From an uncultured Gemmatimonadales bacterium (GTDB taxonomy: Bacteria > Gemmatimonadota > Gemmatimonadetes > Longimicrobiales > RSA9), in NCBI GenBank assembly GCA_963798085.1, contig CAWCRS010000002.1, positions 1 through 64,000 on the forward strand: a DNA stretch of 64,000 nucleotides, written 5' to 3'. Shown one piece after another: positions 52,923-64,000 of the stretch; position 1 is the stretch's first letter, and each line of letters starts with the position of its first letter. A program made the position numbers and the translations under genes. The notes under the pieces are model-generated. The model worked only from the letters and a program-made list of their open reading frames with translations, was not told the DNA's origin and ran no database searches.

Positions 52923-53702
52923 ATGCACATCTTTCAAGAGCCCGTCATCTCCGTGCTCGCGCGCCAGCAGTTCCTGGGCGCGCCGCACATCCGCTGGAAC
53001 AGCGACAGCCAGGTGCCCGGTGAGGTCGCTGCCGAATTCGCCGGCCGGCTGTGCTACCTCAGCTTCGGCGCCGACGCCGGCATCGAGGGCGGCCACAAGC
53101 TGATAGCCGGCCGCACCACGAATCGTGAATACCTCAACAACATACTGAAAGTGCGACACGGCAGCGTGCTCGAGCACGCCGTGTGGACACTGCTGTTCGA
53201 AGGCGTGAGCCGCGCGCTCACGCACGAACTCATCCGGCATCGCCATTTCTCCTACTCGCAGCTGAGCCAGCGTTACGTCGACGAATCCAATGTCGCCTTC
53301 GTGCTGCCCCCCGAGATCAAACCTGACACACCCGCGTTCGTTACTTGGAAGCAGAGCTGTGAACGGTCGCTCGAGGAGTATCGCCGACTGCTCCAGCTCG
53401 TCGAGCAGCAGGTCCGCGACGAACCCTCCGCAACGCTCCGTCGCAAGCGCGCCCGCCAGACTGCGCGCGCCGCACTGCCCAACGCCGCCGAAACCAAGAT
53501 CGTGGTTACGGGCAACTGCCGCGCCTGGCGCCATTTCATCGAGCTGCGCGGATCCCCCACTGCCGACACCGAAATCCGGCGCCTCGCCCTGGGCGTGCTG
53601 CGCATCCTGCAGCAGGAAGCACCCGGCCTTTTCGGCGACTACCGCATCACCTGCTCCGACACCGGTGAGGAGTGCGCGGAGACGGATTTTCCCGGCGTCT
53701 GA
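52923..53702 (+). CDS. thyX: FAD-dependent thymidylate synthase
   Basis: HGSVLEH, SRALTHELIRHRHFSYSQLSQRY, ARAALPNA, WRHFIELR. Confidence 0.95.
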   Translation: MHIFQEPVISVLARQQFLGAPHIRWNSDSQVPGEVAAEFAGRLCYLSFGADAGIEGGHKLIAGRTTNREYLNNILKVRHGSVLEHAVWTLLFEGVSRALTHELIRHRHFSYSQLSQRYVDESNVAFVLPPEIKPDTPAFVTWKQSCERSLEEYRRLLQLVEQQVRDEPSATLRRKRARQTARAALPNAAETKIVVTGNCRAWRHFIELRGSPTADTEIRRLALGVLRILQQEAPGLFGDYRITCSDTGEECAETDFPGV

Positions 53703-53779
53703 ACGGATTCTCTCACCCGCGGATTCAGATCCCGACTCTGCGCCTACCGCCGCGCCCTCCGCGTTCTCCGCGGCGAGAG

Positions 53780-56073
53780 CTAGTGAGTGAGAAGCGCGAG
53801 ACGGGAGCGGGCGTCGGCAGAAAGTCTGTAGGCCGGGTCTGCGTTGCTCCACACCTGCAGCGCGCGCTGCAGATACTCGAGGGCGTGCGCGTTGTCTTTC
53901 GCGTCCAGGTGGGCCAGCGCCATTTCGTAGTTGGCGCGCGGCTGAAAGGGGATGGCGCGCAGGACCGGTTCCAGCTCGCTGATGCTGCGCTGCGGCTGCC
54001 CCAGCTCGCGATAACAGCGTGCTACGGAAACATGCGTGATCAGCGCATCCCCCGGCGCCAGCGCCTCGCTGCGCACGTAGGTGTCAATGGCATCCTGCCA
54101 CTGCGAACGCAGTTCGGCAATGCGGCCGTGCAGCAGCAGCAGCTGCGCCTCGAAATTGCGGAAGCCGAACTTGTGTGCGGACTCCTCCGCCAGCGTCAGG
54201 TTGCGCTCCGCCTCATCCGCCTGGCCCAGCTCGACATCCAGATTGGCAGTACCCAGCGGTACCAGCAGGTCGAGAGGCGGCTGCAGCTGCGCCGCCAGTC
54301 GCTTGAGGATCGCACTCGCCTCAGCCACCCGCCCGGCGCGCGCACTCAGGTTCGCCGTCTGCATCTGCAGCGCGGCAGCCACCAGCGGCGGCTGGAACTT
54401 CTTCGAGATGTCCACGTACCGCTGCCGATAATCCAGCGCACGCAGCATCTGGCCGCGGCGCTCGTAGTAGTCGCTCAGCCCGCTCAGAGCGCGCGCACTG
54501 TCTTCCACCGCCCTCGCCGCACCCAGCGCGTCCTCGTATGTCTTCAGCGCATCTTCGAAGCGGCCCTCATCGGCGTTCAGCCCGGCCACATCGATCATGA
54601 CGGATACATCACCCGGCGCCAGCAGCAGCGCCTTCTCGTAGTTGCTGCGTGCCTGCGCCAGATCGCCCTTGCGACGCTGTGGTGACGCCAGCGCGATGAA
54701 GGATTGCGGCCGCGTGGGAAAACGCTCCGCGAACTGCGCGTAGTAGCGCAGCGCGTTGTCGTAGTCGCCCAGGGTCTCGTATTGCGCGCCTATGGCGCTC
54801 AGGATCTCCTGACGTGTCGGGTCCAGCTCCAGGATCTTCTTGTACGATTCAATGATGCCCGCGTGATCGCCACGCAGAGTCTGCATCTGCGAGAGCAGCG
54901 TGTACGCGGCAATGTCCTCGGGAAACAGCGCCACGTTCATTTTCGCCACTGCGTTCGCCTTCTCCTGGTCCTGTTTCATGGCGTAGTACTCGGTCTTCAC
55001 CGCGTACTGCGACCGCTCTGGCATGTGGTAGAGATTATCCATCGCCTTCTGCAGCGGCGGCATGGACCGCGGGCCCTGATTGGACAGCAGGTAATGTTGT
55101 GCAGCGCGTACCACGCGAAGGCGAAGGTTGGATCCAGCTGCACGGCTTCTTCCAGCAGACGCGCGCCTTCCGGCCACTGATCACGCGTCTGGATGGCGCG
55201 AATGCCTTCCGCGTAGCGGCGGAAGGCGGCAGGCGACGACGTCATGATCTCTGACACCGGCACATCGCGGACGTTCACGTTCGGCGGCGAACCCAGATCA
55301 TCCTTCAGGTCCGCACTGATCCGGTCGATCAGCTGGAACACGTCGCTCCCGCCATAGCGATGCTCGCGCACGGGCTCGCCGCGACTCGTCATGTACAGCG
55401 CGGTCTGCACCACAATGCGACCGCTGTCGCGGGAAACGCGGCCATCGAAGAAGAACGGCAGATGCTGCTCTTCCGCGATCGTGCGCTTGAGACCGTCAGG
55501 CACATTTGCGGTGTCTGCCAGTCCCTGCTGCCGCAGGCGTTCCCGGAAGTAGGCCGCCGGGCGCACGTCGATGAACATGTTCTGAATCACATCCGCTTCA
55601 ATGCCCTGTGGCAAGGCATAGCGCAGCCAGCTCACCGCCGTATCCTGCGCATCGCCCTCGAAGTTGAAGAGCGCGAGCCGCGACCGGTACGTGGCGCGCG
55701 GCACCTCGCGCTGCACCGTCTGCCCTGACTCGTCCTGCGTGGTCACGGATGTCACCACCGCGCCCAGATCCTTCTCGTGGAATACCGCGAACAGCACACT
55801 CACCGCGATCAGCACGTTCAGCGGAATCCCGACCTTGTCGGATCGCGTCCAGGCATCCTTGCCCGGCTTGCCGTGATTGTAGGTGAAGAGCACGACACTC
55901 GGGATGAGCAGGCCCAGAGCGAGCAGCGCCACGTCGGTCAGATGCGGGGACAGCGAATAGCGACCTTCCAGGAAATCGAGAAACTGCACGAAGCCCCAGC
56001 CCGCGCCCAGATAGACGGCCAGAAAATGCGGTACCCGGCGCTCCATCAGGCCTTTCGCAATAGCCATCCTCAA
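53780..56073 (-). CDS. Membrane-anchored TolB-N-like/TPR protein (frameshift near 55090)
   Basis: ERRVPHFLAVYL N-terminal TMs, LALFNFE, AVQLDPTFAFA, many TPR-like repeats. Confidence 0.75.
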
Positions 56074-56201
56074 CCCTCGTCAGTGGCGGCCTGGGTGTCT
56101 TCCCGCCTCGCTGCGAGGGTCGCCGGGTTCCTCGCACGCAATATCGCGTTATACCGAATCGGCAAACAACCTGCAAGTCCAATGACGCGCGCCAGCGTGC
56201 A

Positions 56202-57836
56202 TCAGGTGCGCGGTTTCGGCGCCAGCCGCAGGATGCGTCCCGGCCTGGCGCCGGTGAGTGAGGCGTCCAGCAGCACCGGTACGCCATTCACCAGCACGTG
56301 CTTCACACCAATGGCGAACTGGTGTGGATCCGCGTACGTCGCGCGATCCGTGATGCGCTGCGCGTCGAACACCGCAATGTCGGCGTACATCCCCGGCGCC
56401 AGTCTGCCGCGCTGCGGCTGCGCAATGCGATCCGCCGGCAGCGAGGTCATCTTGCGGATCGCTTCTTCCAGCGTGAGCACATGCTGGTCGCGCACGTAGT
56501 GACCGAGCACGCGCGCAAACGCCCCGTAGTTGCGCGGGTGCGGGTGTCCCTCGCCCGGCACGCCAATCGAGCCATCCGACGAGAACATGGTGAACGGATA
56601 ACGCATGATGCGACGCAGATCCTGTTCATCGATCACGTGCCACACGCCGCTGGCGCCGCCGTTCTGCTGGATTTCGATTGCCAGCTGCACGGCAAAGTCC
56701 AGCGTGGGCGTCTGCCCGCGTTCACGGGCGATGTCGGCGAATGTCCAGCCGTTCCATTCCGGGTGCCAGGGCACGGACGCGAGCTGGATGCGCGTCAGGT
56801 CACCACCACCGCGCTCCTCGAGAATGGTCACGCGAATCCCCTGCTCAATGCGCGCACGCTGCGCCGGGTCGGCCAGGCGCGCACGCACCGAGTCGCGGCC
56901 GCCCGCCAGCGACCAGGCCGGAAACAGCACGTCCGTGCCTGTCGACGTGGCATCGTAGGCATACTCGTCAATGGTGACGTCCAGGCCTGCGGCGCGCGCG
57001 GAGTCCACGAGCGCCAGCGTGCGCACGCTCTGCCCCCACTGCGGCTGGCCCATGATCTTGTGATGCGAAACCTGCGCTGGAATGCCTGCCTCGCGCGCAA
57101 TGCGGATGACCTCGCGCACCGCGTCCACCACACCCTCGCCTTCATCACGGATGTGCGAGGAGTAGATCCCGCCTCCCCGCGCCGCCACCCGCGCCAGCTC
57201 GATGACCTCCTCCGTCTGCGCGTAGATGCCGGGCACGTAACGCAGCCCCGTCGACAGCCCTATGGCGCCTTCGTCCATGGCCTGCGACACCATGGCCTTC
57301 ATGCGCTGCAGCTCGGCCGGCGTGGGAGCGCGGTTGGCCGTGCCCATGACGCGGGTTCGGATGGTGTTGTGCCCGGCGAAGAATGCCGTGTTAGGCGAAT
57401 ACCCGGACTGCTGCAGTGCCTGCATGCTGGCCCCCAGCGGCCAGGGCATGCCGCCATCGGGCGCATAGATCACCGTGGTCACGCCCTGGCGGACGAAGCT
57501 CTCCGCCAGCGGCCGCTGGCGCAGCTCCTCCACGTGCGCGTGCACATCGATGAAACCCGGCGCCACCGCCATGCCCCGCGCATCCAGCACCTGCTTCGCC
57601 GAAAGTACCAGCGCGGTGTCCCGCTCGATCCGCACGATGCGATCGCCCTGGATGGCCAGGTTCGCGCGATAGCCCGGAGCGCCCGTGCCATCGTAGACCG
57701 TGCCGCCGCGGATCACGTAGTCGTACTGTGCTGTGGTCCGCGTCTGTGCCCGGGCCGCGTGTGCCGGAACGGCCATGGCCAGCAGGCCTGCGAACAGTGT
57801 TGTTCGCAAACCGGCCCGGACCGCACCCGCGCTCAC
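56202..57836 (-). CDS. N-acyl-D-amino-acid deacylase (amidohydrolase)
   Basis: IRGGTVYDGTG, APGFIDVHAH, GLSTGL.Y.PG, HIRDE, HPRNYGAF, ADIAVFD. Confidence 0.9.
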   Translation of the reverse strand: MSAGAVRAGLRTTLFAGLLAMAVPAHAARAQTRTTAQYDYVIRGGTVYDGTGAPGYRANLAIQGDRIVRIERDTALVLSAKQVLDARGMAVAPGFIDVHAHVEELRQRPLAESFVRQGVTTVIYAPDGGMPWPLGASMQALQQSGYSPNTAFFAGHNTIRTRVMGTANRAPTPAELQRMKAMVSQAMDEGAIGLSTGLRYVPGIYAQTEEVIELARVAARGGGIYSSHIRDEGEGVVDAVREVIRIAREAGIPAQVSHHKIMGQPQWGQSVRTLALVDSARAAGLDVTIDEYAYDATSTGTDVLFPAWSLAGGRDSVRARLADPAQRARIEQGIRVTILEERGGGDLTRIQLASVPWHPEWNGWTFADIARERGQTPTLDFAVQLAIEIQQNGGASGVWHVIDEQDLRRIMRYPFTMFSSDGSIGVPGEGHPHPRNYGAFARVLGHYVRDQHVLTLEEAIRKMTSLPADRIAQPQRGRLAPGMYADIAVFDAQRITDRATYADPHQFAIGVKHVLVNGVPVLLDASLTGARPGRILRLAPKPRT

Positions 57837-58078
57837 AGCTCGTCCGGCTCCTCCCATGGCTCACCCTCCCAGAAGCGCGCTTCTTCATCGCGGATGTGAT
57901 CCAGGTCCAGTGGCTCGTCCAGCTCCAGCCGGCCGGTTTCCTCGATGCGCTGGACCATGGCGTCGGAAAGGCCGCTGGTCTCGCCGCGGCGCTGTTCGAA
58001 GAGACGACGCAGGTACAGCCCGGCCGCGGCGAGAACCAGCAGTGCGGCAGATGTGCCGAAAAGCAGGGGGATCATCAT
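57833..58078 (-). CDS. Small membrane-anchored hypothetical protein
   Basis: One TM then LSDAMVQRIEETG..EPLDLDHIRDEEARFW. Confidence 0.55.
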   Translation of the reverse strand: MMIPLLFGTSAALLVLAAAGLYLRRLFEQRRGETSGLSDAMVQRIEETGRLELDEPLDLDHIRDEEARFWEGEPWEEPDEL

Positions 58079-58115
58079 GCGCGTGGACCGTCGCGGTGCT
58101 GCAATGCCGGCGCGC

Positions 58116-59303
58116 TCAGTCGCCGGCACCGCGCGTCGGGGACGCAGTGTCGCGCGTCGTGTGAATCGTATCACCGCGCGCAGCGCCGCCCACCCGGCCC
58201 GCACCACCTCGCCGTGCACTGCTGTCGCGCGGCAGCGTATCATGCGCTGCACGCGGCAGCGTGTCGTGCGGCGCACGCGACAACGCCGTGTCTCGCCGAA
58301 CACTGTCCGAACGCGTGGCGACGTTCCCGCCCCGCCGCGCCGCCGAGTCTGCGAGCGGGGGCGGGAGCGGCAGCAGAAACGGCGGAATCGGCCAGGACGC
58401 CGTGCGACTGGCCTCCAGGTGCCCGTCGCGATCGCCGTCCCACGCTTCCAGCTCAATGCGCCCATCACCATCGAGATCGTAGAGCAGCCGCCGCACTTCG
58501 CCCTCGCGGAAGATGACAATGAAGCGGCCTTTGCCGCCATCGGTGCGCCACACCATGGACTCCAGCGTAACACGCTGTTCCGGTGCACCGCACACGGCAT
58601 CGCGCCGACCCTCCAGAGCCATGTCGACAATGTGCGGCAACGGCACATCCGGCGGATGCAGCACCGTCGGACCGATGCGCATGTCCAGCGTGCCGCGCTC
58701 CCGCACCAGCGCCGTATCCAGGTGCAGCATGAGGACTCCGGTCTGGCGGTCGTTCCCGACTTCCAGTGAGTAGAACGCGCCGACGTTGGCGAGTGCGGCA
58801 GGATCGAAGGCGGGCATTGGCGTGAACTCCGGCACGCCATCCCAGCGCAGGCGACAGGTAATGTTGCCCAGGTCCGCCACCACCCAGAGCTGCTCCAGGC
58901 CGGCAGGCACCTGTGGCAGCGATCCGGGCTCGATCGCCTCGCCGTTCAGCGCCAGACGGTAACTCCGCAGCGCATCGTCGCCTGCATCCGCCGCGGGAAG
59001 CGGCGATCCGTCTGCTGCCAGCAGCCGGATCCAGCCCGGTACCGACAGGTGCAGCGCGCGCGGCGAGGCCGCGCGTTCACCCGTGTTGCGCAGCGCCAGA
59101 ATCAATGCGACGCGCGGCAGTGCGCCACGCGGCTGCGAGTCCGGTACGGCCAGGCGGGCGGTCGCACTGAAATGGCTGTCCGCATCCAGTGCCAGCAGCT
59201 CGAGTCGCGCGCGCGGCACGACGCCTGGCCCTGCCCAGTACGCGCCAACGCCCAGCAGAACGGCAAGCGCAACGACGCCAACCACCCAGCGGCGCAGGCT
59301 CAA
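58116..59303 (-). CDS. Hypothetical protein
   Basis: N-terminal TM; DLDGDG and DGDRDG motifs; low-complexity DT/DS tail. Confidence 0.6.
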   Translation of the reverse strand: MSLRRWVVGVVALAVLLGVGAYWAGPGVVPRARLELLALDADSHFSATARLAVPDSQPRGALPRVALILALRNTGERAASPRALHLSVPGWIRLLAADGSPLPAADAGDDALRSYRLALNGEAIEPGSLPQVPAGLEQLWVVADLGNITCRLRWDGVPEFTPMPAFDPAALANVGAFYSLEVGNDRQTGVLMLHLDTALVRERGTLDMRIGPTVLHPPDVPLPHIVDMALEGRRDAVCGAPEQRVTLESMVWRTDGGKGRFIVIFREGEVRRLLYDLDGDGRIELEAWDGDRDGHLEASRTASWPIPPFLLPLPPPLADSAARRGGNVATRSDSVRRDTALSRAPHDTLPRAAHDTLPRDSSARRGGAGRVGGAARGDTIHTTRDTASPTRGAGD

Positions 59304-61259
59304 TGCGTTCCTGACCCTTCTGGCAGCACGAAGGCCTGCAGCACGGCATCGCTGCCCGCGCCCGTCGCGATCACCACGTATTGGCGTCCATCACGCGTGC
59401 GGTACGTCATGGGCACGGCATAGCCGCGCGCACCGAGGTCGGCTTCCCACAGAATCAGGCCATTCTCCTTGTCCACCGCGTACAGTGTCGACCCGCCACC
59501 GGTGAGAAACACGACGCCGCCGGCAGTGACGATCGGGCCCGGTGATCCGCTCACGCCCAGTGGCGGCAGCTCCAGCCCGAGCTGGCGGATCAGCGGATGA
59601 TTCCGCACTTCCGGCGAGTCACCGATCGTGATCTGCCACGCATGCTGCCCGGTGTTCAGATCGATGGCGGTCAGCGTGCCGTAGGGCGGCTTGTTCAACG
59701 GCAGCGCCGGCATGCGCTGCCCGCTGGCTGCATCACCTCCCAGGCTGCGTACACCGGCGGACGCGCTGCGGTCGAATACGTAGTCGCCCTGCACCGTGTC
59801 CCCCTCCGTTGTCGCCGGCACACGCAGCCGCATCACCGCGGGGGTATTCGAAGCCTTCACATAGAGCACACCCGTTTCCGGATCGAACGCGCCGCCGCCC
59901 CAGCCCGCTCCGCCGATCACGCCCGGCATCTGTAGGGTGCCCTGCAGCGATGGCGGCGTGAACAGCGGGCCGTAGCGCCAGCGCTTCAGCTCCGCGAGCG
60001 CTGCCGCCTTGAGTTCCGGTGTGAAGTCGATGACGTCCGCTTCGCTGAATCCCTGTCGTGCGAAAGGCCTGGGCAGCACGGGCACCGGCTGCGTCGCGGC
60101 TGCGTGCTCGCCCGGCACATCACTGGCCGGTACCGGCCGCTCCTCGATGGGCCACACCGGCTTGCCCGTGACCCGGTCGAACACGTAGACGAAGCCAGTC
60201 TTGCCCGTGACCGCCACCATGTCGACGCGCCGGCCGTTCACGCGCACCGTGCCCAGCACCGGCGGCGCCGGCAGGTCGTAATCCCAGAGACCGTGATGCA
60301 CGGTCTGGAAATGCCACACGCGCCGGCCCGTGCGCGCGTCCAGGCACACCAGCGATTCCGCAAACAGGTTGTTACCAGGACGGGCGCCGCCGTAGTAGTC
60401 GTTGCTGGGCGTGCTCACCGGCAGGTACACCAGGCCGCGTGCCGAATCCACCGTGAACGGCGCCCACACGTTGGTGTGGCCCGTGTGCCGCCAGGAATCG
60501 CCACCCCATGTGTCGTGCCCCGGATCGCCCGGCTGCGCCACCGTGTGGAACACCCAGACACGGCGGCCCGTGCGCACGTCGAACGCCTGCACATCGCCGG
60601 GTGGATCGTTGGCGTAAATGAGCCGGTCGCCCACACCGTTGCCCACGATCACCAGATCGCCCCACACCACCGGCGGCAATGTGCTGGTGTAGTGCAGCCG
60701 GTTCACCGGCCACGTCAGCGCGGCCGTCAGGTCGACCTCGCCGTTGCGCGCCGAATGACGCGATGGGCCGGCCCGTCGCGGCATTGAGCGCAATCAGCCG
60801 CCAGCGGCTGTCCATGAAGATGCGCCGCTCCCGCCCATCGCTCCACGCCGCCACGCCGCGGTGCACGAAGCCCGTGCCATTGGAGGGCTGGCCCGCGCGA
60901 TACGCGCCCGGATCATAACTCCAGAGTAGCGAGCCCGTCCCCGCATTCAGCGCCACCACGCGGTTGAAGGGCGTGCTCAGATACATGGTGTCGCCGATGA
61001 CCAGCGGCGTCGCCTGGAAATTGCCCGGCCGCGCCGCCGGCGTGCTGTCGCTCTGCGGCACCGCCTGCTCACCCACGCGCCACTGCCACGCGGGCTGCAG
61101 CCGATTCACGTTGACGCGCGTGATGGTCCGCAGCGGCGAGTACTTCATGCCGCCCGCGTCCCCGCCATAGCTGGGCCAGCCACTGCTGCCCTGCATCTGC
61201 GCCTGCACCGGCCAGGCATGGGCGAGAACAACGAGGAGGAGGAACGTGTGTCGTCGCAT
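59300..61259 (-). CDS. PQQ-dependent glucose/quinate dehydrogenase family (frameshift near 60760)
   Basis: WPSYGGD...KYSPL, QATPL, HRGVA, FQTVHHGLWDYD, PPYGTL, PMTY. Confidence 0.92.
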
Positions 61260-61738
61260 GCGGTGTCTCGCGTCTGAAACGCTGCGGTGTTGACTGCGCA
61301 GTCTACCCGGTGAGGCGGTGTCGCGGCAAACGATCGTGAACCAGCGACGCCAATGCGGGGGCTCGATCTCGCGTTGGAACCGGGAAGCAGAAATCGCTTT
61401 TCGGTTCGCAGCGGGCCGCCGTGGGAGGCGAGCGATCAACGCATTGTTTCCGCGGCACCCGCCGCTCTTCCAATGCCGTCGCGAAACCCGCTCGTCCCGC
61501 CAGCTCTGGCCCATCGCGCAATTGTTTCGCACCAGTGGTCTGGGGCGTCGCGTTGGACGCACGGCTTCGCCTGTGCAAAACGCCTCCGAATCGCCGCCGC
61601 GAATGGGTATTCCGCGTTGCCGCGCAACCAGATGCACCCGTCGGCCCGCACGGGCACCCCGAGCCCTGCGAACCGGCATGGATCCTGACTCGCACAGCCC
61701 CGGGGTTCCTGCCTGACTTTCGCTCCGGAGGTATTGCG

Positions 61739-62212
61739 ATGCGCAAGTTCGCCCTCACGCTCGCCGCCGCAGGGTGCTGGGCCCTGTTGCCCGCCCACGC
61801 CGCGGCGCAGGCAAAACCCGCCGCCCGCCACAGGGCGGCCGGCCCCGCTTTCTGTCGCTCCGGCGGCGGACACCCCGTCTTCGGCCGCGCCTGGTGCATC
61901 GAGAAGGGCTACAGTCTCGGTCATGACCAGTGGCGCCAGGTCGACTTCGCCGTCGTGCTTGCCATTCCGGCTCAGCCGGGTCGCATGGAGCACGATTCGC
62001 TGCAGCAGATGCTGGGCGACGAAGCCTTTGCCCGGTTCGACGCGCAACGCACCGACCTGGGTCTCGCCGACCCGCTCGATGCCCGCTGGCTGCTCCCCGC
62101 CAAAGGCCCCGCCGTCCTGCAGCTCTGGTCCGGCCCCTGGCCCGTCGCCGAAATCGTCGACCACGAGCGCGACGGCAAGGCCGACTTCGTCGTGATGAAC
62201 TTCAGGCGCTGA
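61739..62212 (+). CDS. Hypothetical secreted protein
   Basis: GGAGG RBS, signal peptide, GPAFCRSGGGHPVFGRAWCIEKG. Confidence 0.7.
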   Translation: MRKFALTLAAAGCWALLPAHAAAQAKPAARHRAAGPAFCRSGGGHPVFGRAWCIEKGYSLGHDQWRQVDFAVVLAIPAQPGRMEHDSLQQMLGDEAFARFDAQRTDLGLADPLDARWLLPAKGPAVLQLWSGPWPVAEIVDHERDGKADFVVMNFRR

Positions 62213-62266
62213 AATGCATTTAACAGGCTGTTAAATGCATTGCCGGAGAGCCGCGCGACGGATTCC

Positions 62267-62509
62267 ACGACGTTGCTGGGGCTGCGGCTCGGGCTGGGGC
62301 TGGGAACTCACGGCTTGTCGGCGTGCCGGTCGGCCGTGGCTCCCGATTGCGGGACGTCCGGCTGCAGTGAACGGCGGCTGCTAACAGCTCGTTCACGCAG
62401 CCCCACTCGCCGCGAACCGGATCAGCCGTGTCCCCGGCCCCAGCAACGCAGTGGAATCCGTCTTGCCGTTCCCCAGCCCCAGCCCGAGCCCCCGCCTCAG
62501 CAACGTCGT
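62267..62509. repeat. Inverted-repeat element downstream of thrC
   Basis: ACGACGTTGCTGGGGCTGCGGCTCGGGCTGGGGCTGGGAAC ... GTTCCCCAGCCCCAGCCCGAGCCCCCGCCTCAGCAACGTCGT. Confidence 0.8.
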
Positions 62510-62519
62510 TCGGTAAGCC

Positions 62520-63715
62520 CTAAACGACGTACTTCAACCCACTCCCCGTGTTGAACAGCACCACCTCGTCGTCCGGCCTGATGACGCCCCGCGTGAGCAG
62601 TGGCGCGACCGCGGCGGCGGCCGCGCCGCCTTCGGGGGCGGCGAAGATGCCGGTCGTTGCGCCAATGAGCGCGACTGCGTCGGCCATGGCTTCGTCGCTC
62701 ACGGCCACGGCGGCGCCGCCCGATTCCCGCAGCGCCTGCAGCATGAGGAAATCGCCCACCGCGCGCGGCACGCGCAGTCCGGACGCGTACGTGTGCGCGT
62801 CGGCCCACGGCTCCGCGAATTCATCGCCCCGCTCCCAGGCGCGCACCACGGGCGCACAGCCCGTGGCCTGCACCGAGATCATGCGCGGCCGCTCGCTGCC
62901 CATCCAGCCGAGCGTCTGCATTTCCTGAAACGCCTTCCACATGCCCGACCAGGCCCGTGCCTCCGCCTGTGGGATACACGATGACGTCGGGCAGCCGGCC
63001 ATTCAGCTGCTCGAACAGCTCGTAGCCCATGGTCTTCTTGCCTTCGACGCGGTACGGCTCCTTGAGCGTGGACAGGTCAAACCACCCGTTAGCCGCACAC
63101 CCCTCGGCAACGCCGCCGGCCCGCATCGGTGATGAGCCCGTCGATCAGCTCCAGGTCGGCACCCAGCGCGCGGATTTCCTCGAGGATCGGCTTCGGTGTA
63201 TCCCGTGGCACCACGACATGCGCCGGAATCCCCGCCGCCGCCGCGTACGCCGCGGTGGCTGAACCCGCGTTCCCCGCTGAAGGGATTGCCACTGCCTGCA
63301 CCCCCAGCTCTCTCGCCCTCGCCACCGCCATGGCCAGCCCCCTCGCCTTGAAGCTGCCCGTCGGATTCTGGCCTTCGTCCTTGACGAGCACCCGCCTCAC
63401 TCCCAGTGACTGAGCCAGCCGCGGCGCGTCGATCAGCGGCGTGAAGCCTTCACCAAGCGTCAGTCGACCGCCTTCGCTCCGCACCGGCAGCACTTCCGCG
63501 TAACGCCACATGGTAGGCTCGCGCCCCGCCAGCACTTCCGGTCGGAACCCGCCCGCCAGCGCCGCCAGATCGTAGCGCGCATAGAGCGGCTTCTCGCAAC
63601 AGGGCGAAAGTCGCCACAGCCGCTCGCTCTCGTACCGCTTGCCGCACCGCGTGCACTCCAGATGCGTCGCCCCCAGCGCCTCTTTCGGTTCCGTGCGTGG
63701 CACTCGTCCTCCCAT
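62520..63715 (-). CDS. thrC: Threonine synthase (frameshifted)
   Basis: LGEGFTPL, NPTGSFKARG, SAGNAG, EGKKTMGYE, PTGGG, PEGGAA, FNTGSGLKY. Confidence 0.9.
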
Positions 63716-64000
63716 CGTGTTATTGCGAGTTCACACTCATGATCACGGGCGACGACCCCGTTCCTCTCCCGTCGCCTGTTCTCGATCATCCCTGAAGTCA
63801 ATACGCGCGTGTCGTGAACGCGCACGAGTCCTTTTCCGACCCGTCCCCTTCACATCCCAACGAACACCTCGCGCATGCCGCATCCACCCCGTCCCCATGC
63901 ACCCGCCCATCAACCCTCCCACGCCTCCTCCTCCGACCCCTCTCCCTTCCCGTCTCCCGGCCCAAACCCTCGCCCAGCGCCTTAAGCGAACCCATCGCCC

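Noticed and set aside
63830..64000. C-rich low-complexity tail
   Set aside because: Probably the antisense of a G-rich coding or intergenic segment cut by the window edge; no supportable call.

Overview
The window has two very different parts. (1) 1-6885: a lower-GC integron gene-cassette array with nine cassettes and ten related attC sites; no integrase lies in the window. Two copies of an IS110-family element bracket it, both inserted at the same position inside an attC site (TAACC-AT-GCGATGG). The non-coding end of the full copy contains two adjacent stem-internal-loop structures. One carries guides matching the attC target (ATGGTTA / GGCGATG), the other guides matching the element's own joined ends (ATTATTG / CATCTGAGG). 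This reads as a bridge RNA programmed against integron attC sites and is the main finding. (2) 6886-64000: a high-GC chromosome-like region, Gemmatimonadota-like by gene content (inference), joined abruptly to part 1 at a possibly chimeric junction. It contains a multicopper oxidase, an ArsR-SRPBCC regulator, an SBP56-like protein, a DUF4011-helicase-nuclease (Hhe-like) island flanked by a 79-bp direct repeat and a duplicated pilC 3' end, pilCTB-comEA, an SprA-like giant outer-membrane protein, lptFG, dapF, methionine genes with a SAM-II-like riboswitch, thyX, a PQQ dehydrogenase and thrC. A family of inverted-repeat elements recurs here; one carries a four-helix-bundle gene and one sits inside metH. 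Many genes are frameshifted, probably by sequencing error. All calls come from reading motifs by eye; no database searches were run.
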